From assembly GCF_028641065.1 (NCBI RefSeq), contig NC_073404.1:30380001-30444000 (forward strand): a stretch of DNA of 64,000 nt. Direction: 5' to 3'. A model generated the notes under the pieces. It saw only the letters and a list, made by a program, of their open reading frames with translations, searched no databases and was not told where the DNA came from. Shown here in pieces: positions 25,386 through 37,100 of the stretch. How positions within the stretch are numbered: position 1 is the first letter of the stretch; each line of letters opens with the position of its first letter. This DNA comes from Leucoraja erinacea (lineage: Eukaryota). The translations under genes were made by a program, and so were the position numbers.

Positions 25386-28300
25386 CTGCGGAAAGGAGAA
25401 AGACAATAGACAACAGGTGCAGGAGTAGAGGCCATTCGGCCCTTCGAGCCAGCACAGCCACTCAATGTGATCATGGCTGATCATCCCCAATCAGTACCCC
25501 CCCGTTCCTGCCTTCTCCCCATATCCCCTGACTCCGCTATCTTTAAGAGCCCTATCTAGCTCTCTCTTGAAAGCATCCAGAGAACCGGCCACCACCGCCC
25601 TCTGAGGCAGAGAATTCCACAGACTCACAACTCTCTGTGAGAAAAAGTGTTTCCTCCTCTCCGTTCTAAATGGCTTACCCCTTATTCTTAAACTGTGTGT
25701 GGCCCCTTAAACTGTTGCCTGATAACAGCTGGGAAGAAACTGTCTCTGATTCTACTGCGATGCACTAAAACAGGGATGTAACGCTGAGGCTCTATAAGGC
25801 GCTGCTCAGACCACATTCGGAATATGGTGAGCATTTCTGAGCCCCGTATCTGAGGAAGGATGTGCTGGCTCTGGAGAGGGTCCAGAGGAGGTTTACAAGA
25901 ATGATCCCAGGAATGAGTGGGTTAACATATGATGAGCGTATTCTCAGTATCCCGTACCTGCCTTCTCTCCATACCCCCTGATCCCCTTAGCCACAAGGGC
26001 CACATTTAACTCCCTCTTAAATATAGCCAATGAACTGGCCTTGACTACCCTCTGTGGCAGAGAGTTCCAGAGATTCACCACTCTCTGTGTGAAAAAAGTT
26101 CTTCTCATCTCGGTTTTAAAGGATTTCCCCCTTATCCTTAAGCTGTGACCCCTTGTCCTAGACTTCCCCAACATCGGGAACAATCTTCCTGCATCTAGCC
26201 TGTCCAACCCCTTAAGAATTTTGTAAGTGTTGGAGTTTAGAAGGATGAGGGTTGGTGGGGGGGAAAAACCTCACTGAAACTGAGTAGAGGCCCAGTGCCG
26301 TTGCTGGGAGGTACACAAGAAGATGAAAGCCTCCCCTTTCTTACCGTCTGTGTCCGGCCAAGCTAGAAGAAGTATTCGGTCAGGATACTGCTCGAGGATC
26401 TCAGGCCCACTGGTCTGGGGGCGGCAAACGCAAGGGTCAATGTTCGCTGGTGAATTCCTCCAAACTTTCAACATTCATAACAACATTTACGGACAAAAGT
26501 ACACGCCTGGACAAGTCACTCATACCTAGATCACGGCAATTTAATCTTTGAAGGGAAACGCTCAAGTCTCTCACCCAGAGTAGGGGAATCGAGGACCAGA
26601 GGACACAGGTTTAAAGTGAAGGGGAAAAGAATGAACAGGAATCTTTAACAGGATAACTTTTCCACACAGAGGGTGGTGGGTGTATGGAACAAGCTGCCGC
26701 AGGAGGTGGTTGAGGCTGGGACTATCCCAACGTTTCAGAAACATTTAGACAGGTACATGGATAGGACAAGTTTGGAGGGATATGGACCAGACGCGGGCAG
26801 GTGGGACGAGTGTAGCTGGGGCATGTTGGTCAATGAGGGCAAGTTGGGCCGAAGGGCCTGTTTCCACGCTGTATCCCTGAGTGTGGATATGCAGGGAATG
26901 GAGGGATATGGATTATGTACAGGCGGATATGAGTTGGTCTTGGCATCATGTTCAGCACAGACATTGTGGGCCGAAGGGCCTGTTGCGAGTCCACGCTGAT
27001 CAGCGGTCATCCTGCACACGAGCACTATCCTACACACACACTAGGGACAATTTTTACATTTACACCAAGCCAATTAACCCTCAAACCTGCACGTCTTTGG
27101 AGTGTGGGAGGAAACCGGAGCACCCGGAGAAAACCCACGCAGGTCACGGGGAGAACGTGCAAACTCCGTAGAGACAGCGGTGTAAACCGGCATCTGCAGT
27201 TCCTTCCGACACAGAGCTTATGATTCTGATCCCTCTGAAAAAATACAACACTTACCAAAACCTCGGAGTATCGTATTTCTGGAGGATAAACTTCATTTGC
27301 ATCGAAAGCTATGACGTCGACACCGTGACACTGAAGCAGATATTCCCAATACCCAGTGCCCTACGCAAAGCGCAAAACAAACAGAATTAAACGCACCTGC
27401 TGCAAATATTCAAGGCAATGCAAGGCAAGTATATTTGTATAGCACCTTTCAACAATAAGGTAATTCAAAGTGCTTTACATAAAACATTATAAGCATTGGA
27501 AAAAAACACATATGAAATGACATTTAGATGTTAAACGATTATTAGATTATTCAGATAAAATAATTACAAAATTAAAAGCAATCAAATAAAATATTTAAAA
27601 TTTAATAAAACCAGGAATAGAAGTTACAGTGCAGTATAGGTAATTAATAAATTGTACTGGTTACTGAAAGGCAGCGGCATAAAGAAAAGTCTTCAGTCTA
27701 GATTTAAAGGAGCTGAGAGTTGCAGCAGACCTGCAGTTTTCTGGGAGTTTGTTCCAGAGATTCAGTGCTTCACCTCTGATTTACAAGTTTTAGAAATTAC
27801 AGATACAGTGCGGAAACAGGCCCTTCGGCCCACCTAGTCCGTGCCGACCAGCGACCCCCGCACGCTAACACTATCCTACACGCTCTAGGGATAAATTTAC
27901 AATTTTTCCTGAAGCCACTTAACCTGCAAACCCGCACATCTCTGGTGTGTGGGAGGAAACCGGAGCACCCAGAGAAAACCCACGCAGGTCACGGGGAGAA
28001 CGTGCAAACTCCGTAGAGACAGCGCCCGTAGTCAGGATCGAATCCACGCTCGGGGGTTGGGGAGAGATGGGGATGGGAGGGGATGGAGGGGGGCAGGGGG
28101 GAGAGAGGAGGGGGGGGGAAATGGGGGAGAGTGGGGCAGGGGGGAAAGGGGTGGGGGGGAGGGCGGAAAGAGTGGGTGAAAGGGGGGGAAGAGGGGGGGA
28201 GGGGGGTGAGAGTGGAAGGTGGGGAGGGGGGACATGGGGAAAGAGGGGGGAGAGAGGGAGGGTGGTGGAGAGGGCAAGTTGGGCCGACGGCAGGCATGTG

Positions 28301-29498
28301 GCAATGTTTAATACGGCGCAGGCACTGCATGCATGGCGGTGGTACATTGTTAACGCAGACACCAACAGATTCTTGATCAGTGCGGGTGGCTGAGGTTACT
28401 GGGTTAAGGCAGGAGAATGGGGTTAGGAGGGAGAGATAGATCAGCCATGATTGAATGGCGGAGTAGACTTGATGGGCCGAATGGCCTAATTCTGCTCCTA
28501 GCACTTATGAACTAAACCCAATCCTGGCAGCTTCAGGTTAGTTTAACTCAAATAACATCGTGGATTTGTAGTTAGATTAGACTCCACACATGCAGGTTGC
28601 TTGGCTTGGTGTAAATGTATAAATTGTCACGTGTGTGAGTGTGAGTGTGAGTGTGAGAGTGAGAGTGAGTNNNNNNNNNNNNNNNNNNNNNNNNNNNNNN
28701 NNNNNNNNNNNNNNNNNNNNNNNNNNNNNNNNNNNNNNNNNNNNNNNNNNNNNNNNNNNNNNNNNNNNNNNNNNNNNNNNNNNNNNNNNNNNNNNNNNNN
28801 NNNNNNNNNNNNNNNNNNNNNNNNNNNNNNNNNNNNNNNNNNNNNNNNNNNNNNNNGAGCGAGTGTGAGAGTGAGTGTGAGAGTGAGAGTGAGTGTGAGA
28901 GAGTGAGTGTGNNNNNNNNNNNNNNNNNNNNNNNNNNNNNNNNNNNNNNNNNNNNNNNNNNNNNNNNNNNNNNNNNNNNNNNNNNNNNNNNNNNNNNNNN
29001 NNNNNNNNNNNNNNNNNNNNNNNNNNNNNNNNNNNNNNNNNNNNNNNNNNNNNNNNNNNNNNNNNNNNNNNNNNNNNNNNNNNGGGATCACACACACGTT
29101 GTGGGCCGAAGGGCCTGTTTCTCCGCTTGGTATCTGTAAACTAAACTAAACTAAATGAAAGTAAAGATCGAGTCCATGCTACGTGTAACGTTACTCACAG
29201 CACCAGCTGAGATCACGGGCTGCTTTAGATCTGCCAGGAATGTCAATGCCTCTGGACTTGGGACAGAGAATGAGAATAGTATCTGTAGTTTTTGGCAGGT
29301 GAGGTGGTCGATGCTCCTGAGCAGGTGAAGCAGCTGCTGCCTGCGGGCCGGGGGCACCTGTGGGTGGCAGAAGGAGTGGATATCTGCGGGGAAACGCTGC
29401 ATGATGCGGCTGTACACTCGCTGGTACAGGTTCAATCCCCCGCACCGCCTCAACTCCACACTCCCACACAAGTCCTCAACGCTGCCCACCTCCTCCAT
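25093..29498 (-). CDS. Uncharacterised class I SAM-dependent methyltransferase-like protein, about 255 aa; exons 29498-29199, 27360-27256, 26414-26345, 25385-25093
   Basis: Four unique-sequence exons join in frame (300+105+70+293=768 nt). Donors GTGAGT/GTAAGT/GTAAG; acceptors are pyrimidine-rich and end in TAG/CAG. Product: ...LFSFSVPSPEALTFLADLKQPVISAGA|GTGYWEYLLQCHGVDVIAFDANEVYPPEIRYSEVL|TSGPEILEQYPDRILLLAWPDTD|ESSTFSVDCLRRFRGDTLVHVGELLGETQSANPWGQSSSREFQLSLAEDFCCVSRIKLPNWPGHLDSLTLWRRKN...YL*. Glycine-rich motif I (GAGTG) and an acidic residue ending beta2 (AFD). Start codon uncertain because repeats and an N gap lie upstream. Confidence 0.88.
26345..26414 (-). CDS. Methyltransferase-like gene, coding exon 3
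   Basis: Acceptor ccccag; TSGPEILEQYPDRILLLAWPDTD plus G; donor GTAAG (phase 1). Confidence 0.88.
27256..27360 (-). CDS. Methyltransferase-like gene, coding exon 2
   Basis: Acceptor ttgcgtag; GTGYWEYLLQCHGVDVIAFD...SEVL; donor GTAAGT. Too short for the ORF track. Confidence 0.88.
28052..28272 (+). repeat. G/A-rich low-complexity tract
   Basis: Many G3-G8 runs. Confidence 0.85.
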
Positions 29499-29936
29499 CC
29501 CTGCCCTGCTCAGCCCAGCTCAGCCCCCTCTCTGCCTCTCTCCCTGAGCTCTCTCTCACTCTGTCTCTGTCTCTCTCTCTCTCTGACTCTCTATGTGTGT
29601 GTGTGTCTCTCTCTTTCTCTGCCTCCCTCCCTCCCTCTCCCTGAGNNNNNNNNNNNNNNNNNNNNNNNNNNNNNNNNNNNNNNNNNNNNNNNNNNNNNNN
29701 NNNNNNNNNNNNNNNNNNNNNNNNNNNNNNNNNNNNNNNNNNNNNNNNNNNNNNNNNNNNNNNNNNNNNNNNNNNNNNNNNNNNNNNNNNNNNNNNNNNN
29801 NNNNNNNNNNNNNNNNNNNNNNNNNNNNNNNNNNNNNNNNNNNNNNNNNNNNNNNNNNNNNNNNNNNNNNNNNNNNNNNNNNNNNNNNNNNNNNNNNNNN
29901 NNNNNNNNNNNNNNNNNNNNNNNNNNNNNNNNNNNN
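28630..29936. other. N-runs (28671-28856, 28912-29083, 29646-29936) flanked by (GT/GA)n and (CT)n microsatellites; further N-runs at 43546-43685, 43698-44208, 46551-47042
   Basis: Unknown bases; flanks suggest masked or unresolved simple repeats. Confidence 0.9.
29199..29498 (-). CDS. Methyltransferase-like gene, coding exon 1
   Basis: ATG at 29498; 100 codons to ...VISAGA; donor GTGAGT at 29198. Confidence 0.8.
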
Positions 29937-30722
29937 GACCGTGAACCAGGAAGCAGAATCAGAATCAGAAACAGATCCAGGCAAACACAACACAGCAGCA
30001 GATAATGCTCAGAGCAGCGGCCACAGGGCACCTCCTCGTGGGGCAACGAGGAACTGCAGGGAAAATGCAGACAACAAATTGTCCCAGCAAACCCCCAGTG
30101 TAAGGCCATAAATGTTAGGCCCATCAAGTCTACTCCGCCATTCAGTCACGGCTGATCTATCTCTCCCTCCTAACCCCATTCTCCTGCCTTCTCCCCATAA
30201 CCCCAGACACCCGCACTAATCAACAATCTATCTATCTCTGCCTTAAAAACATCCACTGACTTGTGGCCTCCACAGCCGTCTGTGGCAAAGAATTCCACAG
30301 ATTCACCACCCTCTGACCAAAGAAATTCTTCCTCATCTCCTTTCTGAAGGAACATTCTTTGATTCTGGGGCTGTGACCTCTAGTCCTAGACTCTCCCACT
30401 AGTGGAGTCGCCAGGTTTAGGCGGCACTTGAACAAAGTCCAGTTGGGTCCGCGCGCTCAGTCTCCTGGAGCGGGGAGCAATCGATCCCGACTACGGGTGC
30501 TGTCTATGCGGAGTTTGTACGTTCTCCCCGTTTTCTCCGAGATCTTCGGTTTCCTCCCACACTCCCAAGACGTGCAGGTTTGTAGGTTAATTGGCTTGGT
30601 GTAAATGTAAATTGTCCCCAGTGTGTCTAGGGTAGTGTTAGTGTGCGGGGATCACTGCGCAGGGTGGGCTGAAGGGCCTGTTTCCATGCTGTATCTCTAA
30701 ACTAAACTAAACTGCTGAGAGT

Positions 30723-30857
30723 TGTAGATGTAACCCAGTCCATCACACACACCACACTCCCCACCATTGTAGATGTAGCCCAGTCCATCACACACACCAC
30801 ATTCCCCACCATTGTAGATGTAGCCCAGTCCATCACACAGACCACACTCCCCACCAT
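30723..30857 (+). repeat. Same 45-bp unit, 3 copies
   Basis: Near-identical to the 18156-18470 unit. Confidence 0.9.
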
Positions 30858-31469
30858 CAACTCCATCTACAATTCACACATTGATGTGTACGCTAGACAA
30901 ACAGATCAGATAATACTACACATAAATACAATCAACTCAAACTCAATTACAATAGATAGAGCAAAGGGAAAGATAGATAGTACAGAATATAGTTCTCAGC
31001 ATTGTAGCTCATCAGTTCCACAGACAATACTTCATTGTCTGCAATGCGGTAGAGGTGAATCGGAAGGTGACATACAGAGGCAAACAGAGATGACATTTAA
31101 TCAGGGGGTCAGTCAGACTAGTTGGAGAACTGGGAAGGGGGAGGGGATGGAGAGGGAAGGAAAGCAAGGGTTACTTGAAGTTAGAGAAGTCAATGATCAT
31201 ATCACTGAGGTGTAAGCTGCCAAAGCAGACTAGGAGGTGCTGTTCCTCCACTGGGCCTCACCCTGACAGTGGAGGAGGCCCAGGACGGAAGGGTCAGTGT
31301 GGGAATGGGAGGGGGAGTTGAAGTGTTGATCCACCGGGAGATCAGGTAGGTTTTAGGCGGACTGAGCGGAGGTGTTCAGCGCTTGGTCTCACCGATACAC
31401 AGGAGCTATTTGAAGCTTCATGTTACTCTATGGAGAAGTTGCAACTACAAATATTGTGAATCGGACAGT

Positions 31470-32290
31470 ACATAGAAACATAGAAATTAGGTGCAGGAGT
31501 AGGCCATTCGGCCCTTCGAGCCTGCACCGCCATTCAATATGATCATGGCTGATCATCCAACTCAGTATCCCGTACCTGCCTTCTCTCCATACCCTCTGAT
31601 CCCCTTAGCCACAAGGGCCACATCTAACTCCCTCTTAAGTACAGCCAATGAACTGGCCTCAACTACCCTCTGTGGCAGAGAGTTCCAGAGATTCACACTC
31701 TCTGTGTGAAAAAAGTTATTCTAATCTCGGTTTTAAAGGATTTCCCCCTTATCCTTAAGCTGTGACCCCTTGTCCTGGACTTCCCTAACATCGGGAACAA
31801 TCTTCCTGCATCTAGCCTGTCCAACCCCTTAAGAATTTTGTAAGTTTCTATAAGATCCCCTCTCAGTCTCCTAAATTCTAGAGAGTATAAACCAAGTCTA
31901 TCCAGTCTTTCTTCATAAGACAGTCCTGACATCCCAGGAATCAGTCTGGTGAACCTTCTCTGCACTCCCTCTATGGCAAGAATGTCCTTCCTCAGATTTG
32001 GAGACCAAAACTGTACGCAATACTCCAGGTGTGGTCTCACCAAGACCCTGTACAACTGCAGTAGAACCTCCCTGCTCCTATACTCAAATCCTTTTGCTAT
32101 GAAAGCTAACATATCATTCGCTTTCTTCACTGCCTGCTGCACCTGCATGCCTACTTTCAATGACTGGTGTACCATGACACCCAGGTCTCGCTGCATCTCC
32201 CCTTTTCCTAGTCGGCCACCATTTAGATAATAGTCTACTTTCCTGTTTTTGCCAACAAAATGCATAACCTCACATTTATCCACATTATAC
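31470..32290 (-). mobile_element. CR1 LINE 3' fragment with open RT C-terminus
   Basis: ORF 31693-32385: NVDKCEVMHF...QRDLGV...RPHLEYCVQFWSP...; tail (CTATGTTT)n. Confidence 0.88.
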
Positions 32291-33639
32291 CCTGGCTTAT
32301 GGAAGGGCCGTTCAGAAGCCTGATAACAGAGGGGAAGCAGCTGTTCCTGAGTCTGGTGGTGCACGCTTTCAAGCTTCTGTCCCAAGGAAATTATCTGTTT
32401 CCCAACATTTTGTTCATTCCAACCCTTTTAATGCTTTGCTTAGTCACTGACAAGTTGATTACAACGTCATTCTAATCTCTCATCTCTTTGGTTTACAATT
32501 TAATTATCTACAACTCCTGGTTTGTGATTCTCTTTTTAATTAACATTCACAGAGACTCCGTTTTCTGATTTTTCTAAACTATTTCCTCAAGACTTTGCTG
32601 ATTCCTTTAAACTGTCTTCTAGTAATTACGGAGATATCTGCACGCATCGCAGTTGACAGCCGCAAGCTACAGGACTTTGCAAGCTTCATGGTCCCGAAGT
32701 AGCAAATACAAATATCGAAACAAATAAAAAAATATATTTCTTGACTCGTTGGTACATAAAAAGCCGGAGTAACTCAGCGGGACAGGCAGCATCTCTGGAG
32801 AGAAGGAATGGGTGACGTTTCGGGTCGAGACCCTTCTTCAGACCGAAGTCTTGATTTCTTGACTCATTGATATTTTGGTGTATGGGATTATGGGGAGAAG
32901 GCAGGAGAATGGGGTTAGGAGGGAGAGATAGATCAGCCATGATAAGCTTTTCCCACTAAGAGTAGGGAAGATTCAAACAAGGGGACATGACTTGAGAATT
33001 AAGGGATTGAAGTTTAGGGGTAACATGAGGGGGAACTTCTTTAGTCAGAGAGTGGTAGGAATGAGCTTCCAGTGAAGGTGGTGGAGGCAAGTTCGTTTTT
33101 ATCATTTAAAAATAATTTGGATAGTTATATGGATGGGAAAAGAATGGAGGGATATGGTCTGAGCGCAGGTAGATGGGACTAGGGGAGAATACGTGTTCGG
33201 CACGGACTAGAAGGGTCGAGATGGCCTGTTTCCGTGCTGTAATTGTTGTATGGTATATGGTTATATGATTGAATGGCGGAGTAGACTTGATGGGCCGAAT
33301 GGCCTAATTCTACTCCTATCACTTGTGACCTTATGACCTGACCACTGCGTTCCTCCAGCACTTTGTGCTTTGTTGAAGATCACAGCGTCTGCAGTTCCTT
33401 GTGTCTCCATATTAAGACGTGTTACTTCATCGGCCATTCAGCACATCGAGTCTACCTCCTGGGTTGACAAAAATGCTGGAGAAACCCAGCGGGCGAGGCA
33501 GCATCTATGGAGAGAAGGAATAGACCCAAGGGTCTTGACCCGAAACATCACCTGCTGAGTTTCTCCAGCATTTTTGTCTACCTTCGATTTTTCCAGCATC
33601 TGCAGTTCTTTCTGAAACATCGTCGACTTCCTTGTAACT

Positions 33640-33780
33640 TGTGATGAATTAACATTTGCTCAGCAAAGGCACAAAAAACAACAGTGACCACATAATTGCA
33701 GTAACGTCCACATACTTTTGTTGATCGGAAGATAAGCAAATGCCTTGTCTTGACAATCTTTATTGACCTCAGCTATAAAA
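33640..33780 (+). promoter_or_regulatory. TMIGD1: Candidate TMIGD1 promoter (epithelial-type motifs)
   Basis: HNF1-like GTGATGAATTAAC near 33641, AGATAA near 33730, CDX-like TTTATTG near 33759, TATAAAA at 33774-33780, upstream of the first coding exon. Motif inspection only. Confidence 0.3.
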
Positions 33781-34124
33781 CAGTGAGCCGTACGCTCCAA
33801 TCCCAACGTAGTTTACTACGCCTATAAAACATTATCGAGTGATTTATATTGAAGATTGATAAGATGAAAGTCTCTTATTTAGTCATGGCCCAGCCTGTAT
33901 ATATATATATCCTACATGGTCTTACAGAATCAGTCAAAGGTGTTCAATCAAATCTCTGAGTAAATCTCATCATTGAAAGGAAAGTCGATGTAATAAGCGT
34001 GCAGTTTGCACTCAAACTTGTGTTATCGAATAAGTGTGCACTTTGCTCACGCTTATCTCTGGGGGTTTCAAGATTTTTCAAGAACTCTTGCCGTTTGTAG
34101 AAATATTTAACGTATCTGTGGAAG

Positions 34125-37100
34125 ATGGCTCAGTGGATCTCTGTGATTCTAATCTTTGCTCTATGTTACAATGTGGCGTTTCACCCTGGATGTGCAGGTA
34201 TGAGTCTTTACACCAGCTTCACCTGATTGAATCTCACGGGTGATGGAGAAATTGATTCAAAATCCTCGCAATTGTGTGATTAACTTTAATTATTTAAACG
34301 TATATTCTCGTGGTGAAGTCACGTTTCGGACTGGCAATACTTAACGTGGATCGGTGACAAAACATGGCATAAATGTATCTCAGATTCAGATTCAGATTCA
34401 ATTTTAATTGTCATTGTCAGTGTACAGTACAGAGACAACGAAATGCAATATTTGATCTGTATAACATCAAGACAAATCTGCGGCAAGGTGGCGCAGCGGT
34501 AGAGTTGCTGCCTCACGGCGCCAGAGACCCGGGTTCGATCCTGACCGCGGGTGCTGTCTTTGTGGAGTTTGTACGTTCTCCCCGTGACCTGCGTGGGGTT
34601 TCTCCGGGATCTCTGGTTTCCCCCCACACTCCAAAGGCGTTTCAGGTTTGTCGGTTAATTGGCTTCTGTAAAAAATTGTAAATTGTTCCTATTGTGTTTA
34701 GGATAGTGTTTGTGTACAGGGTGGTCGCTGGTCGGCAAGAACTCGTTGGGCCAAAGGGCCTGTTTACACGCTGTATCTCGAAAGTCTGAAATCTAAAGCC
34801 CCTTTTGCAGTGTGACATATTGCGCTGCTAATTTCCTTATTAAAATTACCTTTTTGTCTCGTACGTTTGCAAACTAATGCTTTTCGAAGGGTCTCGGCCC
34901 AAAACGCCTCCCGTCCCTTCCCTCCACAGATGCTGCCTGACCCGCTGAGTTACTCCAGCACTCTGTGAAAACGTCACCTATCCATGTTCTCCACAGATGC
35001 TGCCTGACCCGCTGAGTTACTCCAGCACTCTGTGAAACGTCACCTATCCATGTTCTCCACAGATGCTGCCTGACCCGCTGAGTTACTCCAGCACTCTGTG
35101 AAACGTCACCTATCCATGTTCTCCACAGATGCTGCCTGACCCGCTAAGTTATGGTGCAGCAGCATCTATGGAGCTAAGGAAATAGGCAACTTTTCGGGCC
35201 GAAATCCTTCTGGAAATAGGCAACGTTTCGGGCCGAAACCCTTATGGGTTTCGGCCCGAAACGTTGCCTATTTCCTTAGCTCCATAGATGCTGCTGCACC
35301 CGCTGAGTTACTCCAGCACTATTGAAACGTCACCTATCCAGTTCTCCACAGATGCTGCCTGACCCGCTGAGTTACTCCAGCACTCTGAGTTACTATCCAG
35401 CTCCATTACTCCCGCTGAGTGCACTCTGTGAAACTCACCTATCCATGTTCTCCACAGATGCTGCCTGACCCGCTGAGTCGACAGCGTTACTCTGTGTGTT
35501 CTCTCACCAGGCATCGACCTTGCCATCAACAACCGCACCACTGACCACAAACTCAGGCTGAACGTGTCGGACGCAGTGTCGTTGACGTGTCGGGTGATTA
35601 ACGCCATGCGGGACGAGGAGCTGGTCTGGCTGTGGGGAGACAGAGTGGTTAACCTGCAGCCCACCAACCGCATCAACGTCAGCACCCTGTGTATCGACCC
35701 AGTCACGACTGACGCCAACGCCGCCAACGTCAGCTGCCACGTCAGCAGCAACTCCACGCTCAAGAGGAGCGTGCTGCTGGATATCAGATGTAGGTAAACC
35801 TGGCGGCAATTGTACTGGGCATTTACAGGCCTGCTTAGAAACATAGAAACATAGAAACATAGAAAATAGGTGCAGGAGTAGGCCATTCGGCCCTTCGAGC
35901 CTGCACCGCCATTCAATATGATCATGGCTGATCATCCAACTTAGTATCCCGTACCTGCCTTCTCTCATACCCCCTGATCCCTTTAGCCACAAGGGCCACA
36001 TCTAACTCCCTCTTAAATATAGCCAATGAACTGTGTGGCCTCAACTACCTTCTGTGGCAGAGAATTCCACAGATTCACCACTCTCTGTGTGTGAAATGTT
36101 TTTTTCATCTCGGCCCTAAAGGATTTCCTCTTTATCCTTAAACTGTGACCCCGTGTTCTGGACTTCCCCAACATCGGGAACAATCTTCCTGCATCTAGCC
36201 TGTCCAACCCCTTAAGAATTTTGTAAGTTTCTATAAGATCCCCCCTCAATCTTCTAAATTCTAACGCGTACAAGCCGAGTCTATCCAGTCTTTCTTCATA
36301 TGAAAGTCGTGCCATCCCAGGGATCAGTCTGGTGAACCGTCCACTCATGGAGGCCGCCTGTGCGTGACTTGGTTTAACGTGGGGAGACTGGTGCACAGCA
36401 GAATTATTTTTGTTAAAAATGTTTTTATTTGTGTTTAAATTTGCTGCAGTCGTTCCCATGTTGAGTCGGGATGGTGATGGGCAAGTGGACGTGTACACCG
36501 GGCAGGACGCAACACTGACCTGTAACGTCAAGTCAAACCCAGTGGCTGTGATGTTGTGGTCCAAGGACAATGAGTGGCTGAGACTGGAGGCAGGTAGACA
36601 TGATGTACACCAGGACAGTGGGGCCTTCACACTGACCATCAGGAAGGTGCAGAACAAGGACAATGGGACGTACCTTTGCAGGGCCGATTCCACCCTTGGA
36701 AGTGGACATCTGACCTTCCATCTCAACGTGAAAGGTGAGAATCACCAACATCACCCTGGCAGCAGGGTGGAGCAGCGGGTAGAGCTGTTTCCTCATAGGG
36801 CCACAGATCCGGGCTTGACCCTGGCTGCACTTGTGGTGGCCAAGTCGATGGCAGGAGAATGGGGTTAGGAGAGAGAGAGAGAGATAGATCAGCCACGATG
36901 GAATGGTGGAATAGACTTGATGGGCCGAATGGCCCAATTCTGCTCCTATCACTTATGAACATGAACTTCTGACCCTTCTGCAGTATCAAAGTTTGAGAAT
37001 TCCTTCATTGTTAATCTTTTTAGCTTAGTTTAAATTGTTGCAGTCATCCCTATTGTTTCGAGTAGGAATGGTGATGACCAAGTGGAGGCATTTATGGATT

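Noticed and set aside
27919-28504. Pro-rich and Gly-rich ORFs
   Set aside because: Translations of a low-complexity G/A tract plus SINE sequence.
29937-30111. Unique-looking plus-strand reading frame after the N gap (TVNQEAESESETDPGKH...)
   Set aside because: No recognisable domain, and its 5' part is hidden by Ns; may be upstream region of the methyltransferase-like gene. Cannot be supported as a CDS.
34922-35478. CRISPR-like array appearance
   Set aside because: Units are contiguous with no unique spacers; eukaryotic retroelement-derived tandem repeat.
36013-36726. 237-aa minus-strand ORF
   Set aside because: Chimera of the antisense TMIGD1 Ig2 exon and a CR1 fragment.
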